A DNA stretch of 64,000 nt from an uncultured delta proteobacterium (GTDB lineage Bacteria > Myxococcota_A > Polyangia > Fen-1088). Positions 1-8,295 of this stretch are shown here, in pieces. Each line of letters begins with the position of its first letter. The stretch's first letter is position 1. Made by a program: the position numbers and the translations under genes. The notes under the pieces were generated by a model. It was not told the origin of the DNA. It worked only from the letters and a program-made list of their open reading frames with translations, and made no database searches. The DNA lies in the NCBI GenBank assembly GCA_963758155.1, contig CAVWUP010000018.1, positions 173,026 to 237,025 of the forward strand. Reading direction: 5' to 3'.

Positions 1-196
1 TGGTTTCCAGGGATCGCAGAAGCCGATTTGCAGAGACCGTGATCTCCTCAACGGCTTCCACAAACCTCGCTTCGTTGACCTTCGACGGCTTGCTGAACCC
101 GCAGATCTTTCGCACAAACTGCAGCGAAGCCGCCTGCACCTCCTCGGGCGTAACCCGCGGATCGAAGTTAAAGAGCGTCTTGATGTTTCTGCACAT
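1..196 (-). CDS. DUF2277-like small conserved protein (C-terminus cut by window edge)
   Basis: Reverse-strand ATG at 194-196. Conceptual translation MCRNIKTLFNFDPRVTPEEVQAASLQFVRKICGFSKPSKVNEARFVEAVEEIT matches the conserved MCRNIKTL... N-terminus of DUF2277 proteins as I recall it. It sits 90 bp downstream of murG on the same strand. Confidence 0.5.
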   Translation of the reverse strand, partial: MCRNIKTLFNFDPRVTPEEVQAASLQFVRKICGFSKPSKVNEARFVEAVEEITVSANRLLRSLET

Positions 197-285
197 GTAA
201 CTTCACCGTGCCGGCGCGAATGCGTGCGCGTCGATTGTTGGATGACGTGGTTGCAGCTTCGTTTCTTGACGTCGGCCAGCTGCCA

Positions 286-1365
286 CTACGCCGTCAGCTT
301 TTCCAATCGGTCGACGATCTCCGCCGCCGCCTTCGGCCGGGCCAGGCCGCGCATAGCTGCGGCCATCGCTTGGCGGCGGCCGGAATCGGCGAGCAAGTCG
401 CCCAGCACTTGCGCCAGCTGCGCGCCGGTGACAGTGCCCTGATTGAGCACAATGGCAGCGCCAGCTTGGGCAAAGCGGGCGGCGTTCTTGCTCTGGTGGT
501 CGTCGGCCGCAGTGGGCAAGGGAATCAGAACGGCGGGCCGGCCAGCAATGGCCAGCTCGGCCAGGGTCAAGGCACCGGCACGCGCCACCACCAGGCTGGC
601 GCGATGATATTCGGTTGCCATGTCGTCAATAAAGGGTCGCGCCTCAACTCGGTCGAGCACGCACAGGGCACGATAGCGTTCCTTGCATCGGTCGACATCG
701 CTGGGTCCGGTTTGGTGGACGATAACCGGCAGTGATCCGTTCTTGGTCCACAACTCGACGGCGGCCATGACCAAGTCATTGACCGCACGTGCGCCCTGGC
801 TGCCGCCCACCACCAAAATGCTAGGCGCTTGCTCGCCACTTTGTGCATCGGCCGTCAAGGTAGCCACCAACTTGCTGCGCACGGGATTGCCCATCATTTC
901 GATTTTGGCGGATGGAAAAAATCTTCGAGCTTCGTCAAAGGCCACCAGCACCAGGCGAACCAGGCGCGAAAGAATTCGATTGGTGAATCCGGGAACGCTG
1001 TTTTGTTCTTGAATCGCCGTGGGGCAACGCCAAAGCGCCGCGGCCAGCACCATGGGGCCGGAGGCGTAGCCGCCCACGCCCAGCACCACGTCAGGACGAA
1101 AGCGCCGCAAGATCGACAACGAGCGAAAGAAGGCTTTGGGCAAGCGAAACAGGCCACGCAAGATCGCAATCAGTCCCATGCGCTTGAGGCCGCTCACTTC
1201 CAGAAGTTCCAGTGGGTAGCCGGCCGCAGGCACGGCGCGGGCTTCCAATCCGCGCGAGGTTCCCACAAACAACACCTGGCCGCCGCGCCGGACAACTTCC
1301 TCCGCAACCGCCATGCCGGGGTAGAGGTGCCCGCCCGTTCCGCCTCCGGCAATCAGCAGGCGCAT
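286..1365 (-). CDS. murG: MurG, lipid II N-acetylglucosamine transferase
   Basis: 359 aa with N-terminal LIAGGGTGGHLYP G-loop and GT28 architecture. Position after ftsW in the dcw cluster. Confidence 0.9.
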   Translation of the reverse strand: MRLLIAGGGTGGHLYPGMAVAEEVVRRGGQVLFVGTSRGLEARAVPAAGYPLELLEVSGLKRMGLIAILRGLFRLPKAFFRSLSILRRFRPDVVLGVGGYASGPMVLAAALWRCPTAIQEQNSVPGFTNRILSRLVRLVLVAFDEARRFFPSAKIEMMGNPVRSKLVATLTADAQSGEQAPSILVVGGSQGARAVNDLVMAAVELWTKNGSLPVIVHQTGPSDVDRCKERYRALCVLDRVEARPFIDDMATEYHRASLVVARAGALTLAELAIAGRPAVLIPLPTAADDHQSKNAARFAQAGAAIVLNQGTVTGAQLAQVLGDLLADSGRRQAMAAAMRGLARPKAAAEIVDRLEKLTA

Positions 1366-1366
1366 G

Positions 1367-2620
1367 TCAGGTTTTCGCCTCGACCACCACTCGTACGTCA
1401 GGGGCGTCGCTGCGGCGGTTCTTCCACGCCCGCGCTCGGCTTCTGCCCAGCGACTGCCAGAACGACTGGGGCGCGGCCTCGCGCTCGGAAATGTTGGCCA
1501 ACACGCCGGCCATGAACAGGCTCATAACCAAAGACGTGCCGCCATAGCTGACAAAAGGCAGGGGCAATCCCTTGGTGGGGAGAAGGCCCAAGACCACCCC
1601 CATGTTGACCAGGGCTTGCAATCCGAACAACAGAGTCACGCCAAAGGCCAGGTAGCAGCCCAGGGCGTCGCGCGCCCGCGTGGCCGCCCGCAACCCGCGC
1701 CATACCAGCAGCGTGAACGCCAGCAAGACGGCCAGCACCCCGAGCAGGCCCAATTCCTCGCCAATGACGGCCAGGATGAAATCCGTGTGGGCCTCGGGCA
1801 GGAAGAAAAGTTTTTGGTGGCCCTGGCCAAGACCTTGGCCAAACAGGCCGCCCGAGCCCACGCTGATGAGCGATTCGTAGAGCTGGTAGCCGGTGCCGCG
1901 CCTGAATTTCCAGGGATAGAGGAAGGCAAGAATGCGTTCCCGGCGCCAGGACTCGCGGGCGATGAACAGCTGCCAGCCGATGGGCGCAGTCACCAACACC
2001 GACAACAAGATGTAGCTGGTGCGCGTGCCAGCCACGAAGAGCAGACCCAGAGCCGTGACGCCGATGATGACCGCGGTTCCGAGATCAGGCTGCTTGAGCA
2101 GCAGCACGAGAAAGATTCCCGTCATCGCCAGCGGAGGCAGGAACCCCATGCGGAACTCTTTGACCTTCTCAGCCTTGCGCGCAAGCAGCACCGCCAAGTA
2201 CAGCGCCAGGGCGAACTTGGCCAGCTCCGACGGTTGGAACGACAGCGGGCCCCAGCGGAACCAGCGCACAGCCCCGTTGATGGCGGGTCCCACCTTCAAG
2301 ACCGCGGCCAACAGGGCCATGGACAGGAATAGCAGGGGATAGGCCAGGCGGCGATAAAACGAGTAGTCGAGCCGCATGCCGACGACAAAGGCCAGCAAGC
2401 CGGCGGCACTGTAGATCGCCTCGCGCTTCAGGAAGTAGGTCCAGTCGCCGTAGGTCTTGGCCGCAAAGGCCGCGCCTGCGGAGAACACCATGACCGCGCC
2501 AAACCCGGTCAAGCCAAGTATCGTCGCCACCAGCAAACGATCGGGTCCTTGCGGCACAGGCCCACCGCCGCCCATCCGCTTGGGGCTGGCCCATCGGGAC
2601 ACGCGTTCACGCAGGCTCAT
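1367..2620 (-). CDS. ftsW: FtsW, SEDS-family cell division protein / peptidoglycan polymerase
   Basis: 417 aa polytopic membrane protein of the FtsW/RodA/SpoVE family. Located between murD and murG. Confidence 0.85.
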   Translation of the reverse strand: MSLRERVSRWASPKRMGGGGPVPQGPDRLLVATILGLTGFGAVMVFSAGAAFAAKTYGDWTYFLKREAIYSAAGLLAFVVGMRLDYSFYRRLAYPLLFLSMALLAAVLKVGPAINGAVRWFRWGPLSFQPSELAKFALALYLAVLLARKAEKVKEFRMGFLPPLAMTGIFLVLLLKQPDLGTAVIIGVTALGLLFVAGTRTSYILLSVLVTAPIGWQLFIARESWRRERILAFLYPWKFRRGTGYQLYESLISVGSGGLFGQGLGQGHQKLFFLPEAHTDFILAVIGEELGLLGVLAVLLAFTLLVWRGLRAATRARDALGCYLAFGVTLLFGLQALVNMGVVLGLLPTKGLPLPFVSYGGTSLVMSLFMAGVLANISEREAAPQSFWQSLGRSRARAWKNRRSDAPDVRVVVEAKT

Positions 2621-4026
2621 CGTGAATCCTCCTGCAGGCCCCTGCGCCCCCCGTGTTTTTGGGCGATGAGGTTCTTGACTGCGAACCGAAATACTTCGGC
2701 GCGATGTTGGTAGTTGCGAAACATGTCGAAGCTGGCGCAGGCAGGAGACAGCAGCACGGCGTCCCCGCTCCGGGCCATGGTCGCGGCTTGCGCCACGGCT
2801 GCTTCCATGCTGGCCGCGATCTCGACTGGCACGACCGGCGCCAGGGCGTCGCGCAGCTTGGGGGCGGCCTCGCCGATCAGCACGGCGGCGCGCCCGGTTT
2901 GCTTCATCACCTGGGCCAGTGGCTCATAAGAGCCGCCCTTGTCGCGGCCGCCGGCAATCAGGACCACGGGATGCGGAAAGCGATCGAGCGCCGCCACCAC
3001 CGCGCCCACGTTGGTGCCTTTGGAATCGTCGTAGAAGAAGACGCCGTCCAGCTCGCCCACCAGCTCCATCCGGTGCGCCAGTGGCCGGAAGGTCACCAGG
3101 GCATGACGGGCTTCGGCGGGCAGGGCGCCGGCCAAACGTCCGGCAACCAACGCTGCCAGCGAGTTTTCCAGGTTGTGTCGGCCGATCAATCCCGGCAGAC
3201 GGGCGGGGTAGTATTCCATCGGTCCACCCGGAAGGCGCACGAGCAGGGCATCGCCTTCGATCCAGCCGCCCACGGCCAGCGCCCGCCGGGTCGAGATGAG
3301 CACACACTGGCTGCGAATTCGCTTGGCCGCGGCTTCGACCAGTGGATCATCGATGTTGAGGACGGCGAAGTCCGCCGGGGTTTGCGCGGCGAAGATGCGG
3401 CCCTTGGCGGCCGCATAGGCATCCATGGTGGGGTGGCGATCCAGGTGGTCAGGCGTGATGTTGAGCAGAACCGCCACCTGCGGGCGGAACGACACGACGG
3501 TTTCAAGCTGGAAACTCGATACCTCAAGCACACACACGCCGCCCTGCTGGGCTGCTGGCGTGCCCACCGCCTCGGCAAGAGGCACACCCAGATTGCCGCC
3601 CACGAAGGTGGGCCGGCCGTTGGCAGCCAGAATGGCCCCGCACAAGGTGGTGGTGGTCGATTTGCCGTTGGTTCCCGTGATGGCGACGATGGGCGCGTCC
3701 ACGAACCATGACGCCAGCTCCAGCTCGCCGGTGATCGTCGCGCCTCGTTGGCGTGCGGCCTCCACCTCGGGCAGCGCCGGCACGCCTGGTGACAACACGA
3801 TGAGGTCAGCCGCCGCGAATGTCTCGCTCTGATGTCCGCCCAGCTCCTGTTTGATTGTGGGCGGCAGTTGCGCCAGCGCCGCGGTCAGCACATCGGCCGG
3901 TTGCTTGTCAGTCACCGTGACCTGGGCGCCACGGGCCGCACACAGGCGGGCCGCGGCCACTCCCGAGCGTCCCAGTCCGACGACGAGAACCTTCTTGCCA
4001 AGTAGGGTGGGCTGATGGAGCTGCAT
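2617..4026 (-). CDS. murD: MurD, UDP-N-acetylmuramoyl-L-alanine--D-glutamate ligase
   Basis: Mur ligase with MQLHQPTLLGKKVLVVGLGRSG Rossmann N-terminus and GTNGKSTTTT P-loop. The ORF-track 628-aa version carries a spurious N-terminal extension that overlaps mraY. The true ATG at 4024-4026 overlaps the mraY stop (ATGA). Confidence 0.85.
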   Translation of the reverse strand: MQLHQPTLLGKKVLVVGLGRSGVAAARLCAARGAQVTVTDKQPADVLTAALAQLPPTIKQELGGHQSETFAAADLIVLSPGVPALPEVEAARQRGATITGELELASWFVDAPIVAITGTNGKSTTTTLCGAILAANGRPTFVGGNLGVPLAEAVGTPAAQQGGVCVLEVSSFQLETVVSFRPQVAVLLNITPDHLDRHPTMDAYAAAKGRIFAAQTPADFAVLNIDDPLVEAAAKRIRSQCVLISTRRALAVGGWIEGDALLVRLPGGPMEYYPARLPGLIGRHNLENSLAALVAGRLAGALPAEARHALVTFRPLAHRMELVGELDGVFFYDDSKGTNVGAVVAALDRFPHPVVLIAGGRDKGGSYEPLAQVMKQTGRAAVLIGEAAPKLRDALAPVVPVEIAASMEAAVAQAATMARSGDAVLLSPACASFDMFRNYQHRAEVFRFAVKNLIAQKHGGRRGLQEDSR

Positions 4027-5141
4027 CAACGAACCTTCAAGGTGAGCAGCAGGCCGAGAACAGCGCAGGAGAAGGAAACGATCCAGAAGCGCACCACGAT
4101 GCGCGACTCGGGCCAGCCCATTTTTTCGAAATGGTGGTGAATGGGCGCCATCAAGAAGATGCGCCGCTTGGTGACCTTGTAGTAGCCAACCTGGATCACG
4201 TCGGAGAGCACCTCGACCACGAAGACACCGGCGATGATGGGGAGTGACAGCTCGGTTTTGGTCGCCAGCGCCACGAAGCCGATGGCCCCACCCAGGGCGA
4301 GCGCGCCCACGTCGCCCATGAAGACCTGCGCCGGGTGCGTATTGTACCAAAGGAATCCGATGCTGGCGCCCACGATGGCCCCGCAAAAGATAGTCAGCTC
4401 GCCCGCGCCACGCACATGGGCCATGCCCAGGTAGTGGGCGATGTTGAAGCCCGCCAGGGTCTGGCCGGCAGCGTAGCTCAACAACATGAAAGTGAAGGCG
4501 CACGCGATGACCGGGCCAATGGCCAGGCCATCGAGCCCGTCAGTCAAGTTCACCGCGTTGGAGGTGCCCATCACCACCGCTATGAGTCCGAACAGGGCAT
4601 AGACCAGCGTCGGAATCACCAAGCGGTAGCGCTCGAAATTGAGCAGCGGAACCGCCAGCCGCAGCCGCACCGACGGGTCCAGGGCATCGCCGTAGAACAA
4701 CCAACCCACGGCCACGGCCCCCACCGCGAACTGCACCAGCAGCTTGAGCTTGCCCGGAACCCCGCGCTTGTTCCGCCTGGTGATCTTCAGGTAGTCGTCG
4801 ACGAAGCCCAGCGCGCCGTAGCCCACGGTCACGAACAGCGCCGGCCACACCAGCGGGCTGGTGAGATCGCACCACAGCACGGTTCCCGTGACCAGCGCCA
4901 TGATGATGAGGGCACCGCCCATGGTCGGCGTGCCTTGCTTGACCGCGTGGGTGGTGGGGCCGTCGTCGCGGATGACCTCGCCCAGTTGTCGCGCGCGGGC
5001 CCTGCGGATGAACCAGGGCGCGAGCGCGAAGGTGATGAGCAGCGAGGTCAGGGTCGCCAACATGGTCCGCGTCGAGACGTAGCGGAATACGTTGAAGAAC
5101 CCGACGTTGCTGCGCAGTTGTACAAAGAGATGAAACAGCAT
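4026..5141 (-). CDS. mraY: MraY, phospho-N-acetylmuramoyl-pentapeptide transferase
   Basis: 371 aa polytopic membrane protein with MraY-family motifs and dcw cluster position. Confidence 0.9.
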   Translation of the reverse strand: MLFHLFVQLRSNVGFFNVFRYVSTRTMLATLTSLLITFALAPWFIRRARARQLGEVIRDDGPTTHAVKQGTPTMGGALIIMALVTGTVLWCDLTSPLVWPALFVTVGYGALGFVDDYLKITRRNKRGVPGKLKLLVQFAVGAVAVGWLFYGDALDPSVRLRLAVPLLNFERYRLVIPTLVYALFGLIAVVMGTSNAVNLTDGLDGLAIGPVIACAFTFMLLSYAAGQTLAGFNIAHYLGMAHVRGAGELTIFCGAIVGASIGFLWYNTHPAQVFMGDVGALALGGAIGFVALATKTELSLPIIAGVFVVEVLSDVIQVGYYKVTKRRIFLMAPIHHHFEKMGWPESRIVVRFWIVSFSCAVLGLLLTLKVR

Positions 5142-5144
5142 GAA

Positions 5145-6569
5145 CTACAACTTCTTTCGCAAGGCCTCTACCGCGCGCTCGAGACGCACGCCACGCGAAG
5201 CTTTCACCAAGATCCAGTCCCCTGGCTCAGACCAAGTCGACACCGCTTGTGCGGCGGCTTCTGGATCGTCGAAGGCCAGGGCGCGGCTGGCGGACAAGCC
5301 TGCGGCCATGGCGCCTTGGGCGATCTGCGCGCCCAGGGATCCCACCACCGCCAGGCCAGCCACGCCGATGGTGACCGCCTCTTGGCCGAGGGCCCGGTGC
5401 AAGTCCGCGGCCGCGTCGCCCAGTTCCAGCATGTCGCCCAGGATGGCAAAAGCGCGACCGAAGCGGCCCGCCGATCCCACCAGCGTGCGCAAGGCAGCGG
5501 TCATGGACGTCGGATTGGCGTTGTAGCAATCGTCGAGTACCATGCGCCCACCCAGGCAGAACACATGAGACCGGTGCGCTGGCAAGGTCGCGTGTTGCAG
5601 GGCCGCGGCTCCCGGCAAAAGGGGAACCCCGAGCGCGTTCGACACGGCCAGAGCCGCCGCCGCGTTGCGCGCATTGTGCTCACCCGCCAGGGGCAGGCGC
5701 AGCACCACCGGTTCGCACCCGACCGACAAACGAATGCGCGAACCCGCCGCGCCGTCGGGAATGAACTCCATGATCCTCACAAAGGCACGCGCGGAGGCGA
5801 CGCCGGCAAAGCCAAAGCGCCGCTTGTGCGCCTCGGGTATCGCGGCGACCTCAGGCTCCAGGCGAGGCTCGTCGACGGGCAACACGGCAATTCCGTCGGG
5901 GCCAAGGCCGCCAAAGATTTCGCCCTTGGCGCGCGCCACGGCCTCGAGCGAGCCCAGCCGCCCCAGGTGCGCGCCCGCCACGTTGGTCACCACCGCGACA
6001 TGGGGCTGGGCGATGCCAGCCAGGTACGCGATCTCGCCGGGCGCGCGCATGGCCATCTCCAGCACCCAGAACTTCTCCTTGCCGGTGGCTTCCAGCACGG
6101 TGAGGGGCAGTCCCACGTCGGTGTTGAGGTTGCCCTGGGTGCGCAGCACCTGGCCCGCAGGCGAGAGCGCGGCTGCGATCAGTTCCTTGGTCGTGGTCTT
6201 GCCGTTGGAGCCAGTGACACCCACAACGCGGCCGCGGTACTGTTTGCGCACGGCTGCGGCCAAGTCCCCCATCGCCTTGCGCGGGTCAGCCACTGCGATA
6301 ACTGCGATCGCGCTGCAGCCGGTCGGCCGGCCGCGATGCGCAGCCACCACCACCGCCGCTGCCCCGGCCTGGGCCGCGGCTGCGCAGAAGTCGAAACCGT
6401 CGACTCGCTCACCGGGAAGCGCGAAGAAGAGCCGACCGGCCTTCACCTCGCGGCTGTCGCTGGCAGCGCCGGCGAATCGGAGCGTACCCAGCGCGGCTGG
6501 CGCGTTGAGAGCCGTTCCACCCATGGCCTTGCACGCAAACGCCAGGGTCCGCTTCGCTGGTCCTGTCAC
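5145..6569 (-). CDS. murF: MurF, UDP-MurNAc-tripeptide--D-alanyl-D-alanine ligase
   Basis: 474 aa Mur ligase with GVTGSNGKTTTKE P-loop. Position between murE and mraY. Confidence 0.85.
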   Translation of the reverse strand: MTGPAKRTLAFACKAMGGTALNAPAALGTLRFAGAASDSREVKAGRLFFALPGERVDGFDFCAAAAQAGAAAVVVAAHRGRPTGCSAIAVIAVADPRKAMGDLAAAVRKQYRGRVVGVTGSNGKTTTKELIAAALSPAGQVLRTQGNLNTDVGLPLTVLEATGKEKFWVLEMAMRAPGEIAYLAGIAQPHVAVVTNVAGAHLGRLGSLEAVARAKGEIFGGLGPDGIAVLPVDEPRLEPEVAAIPEAHKRRFGFAGVASARAFVRIMEFIPDGAAGSRIRLSVGCEPVVLRLPLAGEHNARNAAAALAVSNALGVPLLPGAAALQHATLPAHRSHVFCLGGRMVLDDCYNANPTSMTAALRTLVGSAGRFGRAFAILGDMLELGDAAADLHRALGQEAVTIGVAGLAVVGSLGAQIAQGAMAAGLSASRALAFDDPEAAAQAVSTWSEPGDWILVKASRGVRLERAVEALRKKL

Positions 6570-6588
6570 GCGACACCTCGGCCCCGGA

Positions 6589-6705
6589 TTTCACCACAGA
6601 GAGCACAGAGAGCACGGAGACGGATGGGAAGGCGAGAAGGGTTCGGACTCGGATCCGGAACCCTTTCCTTCCGGCCTCTGTGGCCTTTGTGCCCTCTGTG
6701 GTGAA
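6589..6705. repeat. REP/MITE-like inverted-repeat element, copy 1, in the murE-murF spacer
   Basis: TTCACCACAGAGAGCACAGAG ... CTCTGTGGCCTTTGTGCCCTCTGTGGTGAA terminal inverted repeats with an internal GGGTTCGGA...TCCGGAACCC sub-palindrome. Same family as the copies at 15538, 41189 and 45496. Confidence 0.8.
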
Positions 6706-6750
6706 GCTCCGGATCGCGTAGTTGGCCGTCGAATCCAGACAAGATCGCGG

Positions 6751-8292
6751 CTAGCACCTGTGACCTCCGGGAGCCGTGCGGCCTTGGCGGGTGGCGAAGG
6801 CGGCCGCGGCCACCTCGCGATCGTCGAAGTGAATCTTCTGTGTGCCGAGGATCTGGTAATCCTCGTGGCCCTTGCCCGCTATGAGCAGCGTGTCCCCTGG
6901 CCGCGCGAGCGCCACGGCCAGCTCGATGGCCGCGCGGCGGTCGGGCTCGACGTGGAAGCCCGACAAGCCCTGGCACAGCTCGGAGGCGGCCCGGCGGACG
7001 ATGCCCGTCTTCTCGACCCCGGCCACAATCATGTCAAGGATAGCGTGCGGGTCTTCGGTGCGCGGGTTGTCCGAAGTGATGACCACCACATCGGCGCGCT
7101 CGGCAGCGGCCTGGCCCATGCGCGGTCGCTTGCCCTTGTCGCGATCGCCGCCACACCCGAAGACCACCAACACGCGCCCCGTGCTGAGCGGCCGCAACAC
7201 GTCGAGGGCCCGTTCCAGTGCGTCGGGCGTGTGGGCGTAGTCGACCAGGCACAGCACGCCCGCTGCGTTCGTCACACGTTGCAAGCGGCCCGGAACGCCG
7301 CCCACCCTGCTGATGCCAGCGGAAATCGCGTTGCGATCAATGCCGTGGGCTAGCGCCATGCCGGCGGCCAGCAGGATGTTGGATAGGTTGAACTCGCCCA
7401 CCAGCGGTGACGTGATAGCCAGCGGTCCCGAGGGCGTCGCGAGTTGCAGGGAGGTTCCATCGGCCCCCAGCCGGCGATCGAGCACCGCGACGTCGGCACC
7501 GCGCGGCTGTCGCGTAAGGGTCAGCACCGGGCCGCGCACTTCGCGGCGCATGACGAGGCCGTCTTGGTCGTCGGCAAAAAGCACGGCCACGCCTTTGTCG
7601 GGGGACAACAACTCGCGGAAAAGAATCGCCTTGGCGGCCCGGTAGCGGTCCATTGTGGCGTGATAGTCGAGGTGGTCCTGGGTGATGTTGGACAGGCCCG
7701 CCACGCGAAAGCTGCAGCCATGCAGCCGCCCCTGATCCAGGGCGATGGACGAAGCCTCCAGCACCACGTCCGAGCAGCCCGCGACTTTCATCTGAGAGAA
7801 GAGCGAATGCAATTGCAGAGCGCCCGGCGTGGTGAGCGGCGCTTCCTGCATATGGCCGGCAAAACGGTAGCCCACGGTCCCGATGACACCAGGGCGGCGA
7901 CCAGCTGCGGCCAGAATGGCCTCGATCAAGTAGGTGGTCGTGGTTTTGCCGTTGGTGCCGGTCACGGCCGTGAGCGTGAGAGCCTGCGCCGCCTGGTACC
8001 GATTGGCGGCGACCAGCCCGAGCGCCAGTCGCGCACTGGGCACCAAGACCAGCGCGGCTGCGCCGTCCGGTGAAGCGTCGGCTTCCTCGGTGAGGATGGC
8101 CGCTGCTCCCTTGGCCTTGGCGTCGTCAATGAAACGCCGGCCATCGAGTTTGGTTCCGGGAATCGCAACGAAGAGATCTCCGGGCTGCACCAGGCGAGAG
8201 TCGTCACGCACCTCGTGGATCAGGACCTGCCCGTCGCCCGCGGCGATGCGGGCGTCTGATATTCCCTGCAATAGATGCGAAAGCCGCAGCAA
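6751..8292 (-). CDS. murE: MurE, UDP-MurNAc-L-Ala-D-Glu--2,6-diaminopimelate ligase
   Basis: 513 aa Mur ligase with TGTNGKTTTTYL P-loop. Located between ftsI and murF. Confidence 0.85.
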   Translation of the reverse strand: MLRLSHLLQGISDARIAAGDGQVLIHEVRDDSRLVQPGDLFVAIPGTKLDGRRFIDDAKAKGAAAILTEEADASPDGAAALVLVPSARLALGLVAANRYQAAQALTLTAVTGTNGKTTTTYLIEAILAAAGRRPGVIGTVGYRFAGHMQEAPLTTPGALQLHSLFSQMKVAGCSDVVLEASSIALDQGRLHGCSFRVAGLSNITQDHLDYHATMDRYRAAKAILFRELLSPDKGVAVLFADDQDGLVMRREVRGPVLTLTRQPRGADVAVLDRRLGADGTSLQLATPSGPLAITSPLVGEFNLSNILLAAGMALAHGIDRNAISAGISRVGGVPGRLQRVTNAAGVLCLVDYAHTPDALERALDVLRPLSTGRVLVVFGCGGDRDKGKRPRMGQAAAERADVVVITSDNPRTEDPHAILDMIVAGVEKTGIVRRAASELCQGLSGFHVEPDRRAAIELAVALARPGDTLLIAGKGHEDYQILGTQKIHFDDREVAAAAFATRQGRTAPGGHRC

Positions 8293-8295
8293 GGC

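Noticed and set aside
2617-4503. 628-aa ORF-track version of murD, extending 160 aa upstream
   Set aside because: The extension overlaps mraY in another frame, is Arg/Gly-rich and low complexity, and MurD homology begins exactly at the internal ATG (4024-4026), which overlaps the mraY stop.
6566-6976. ORFs translating the repeat elements (peptides such as CALCGE, FHHREHREHR, FHHRGHR)
   Set aside because: The same peptide strings recur at all four repeat copies in different genes' flanks. They are artefacts of translating the inverted repeat.
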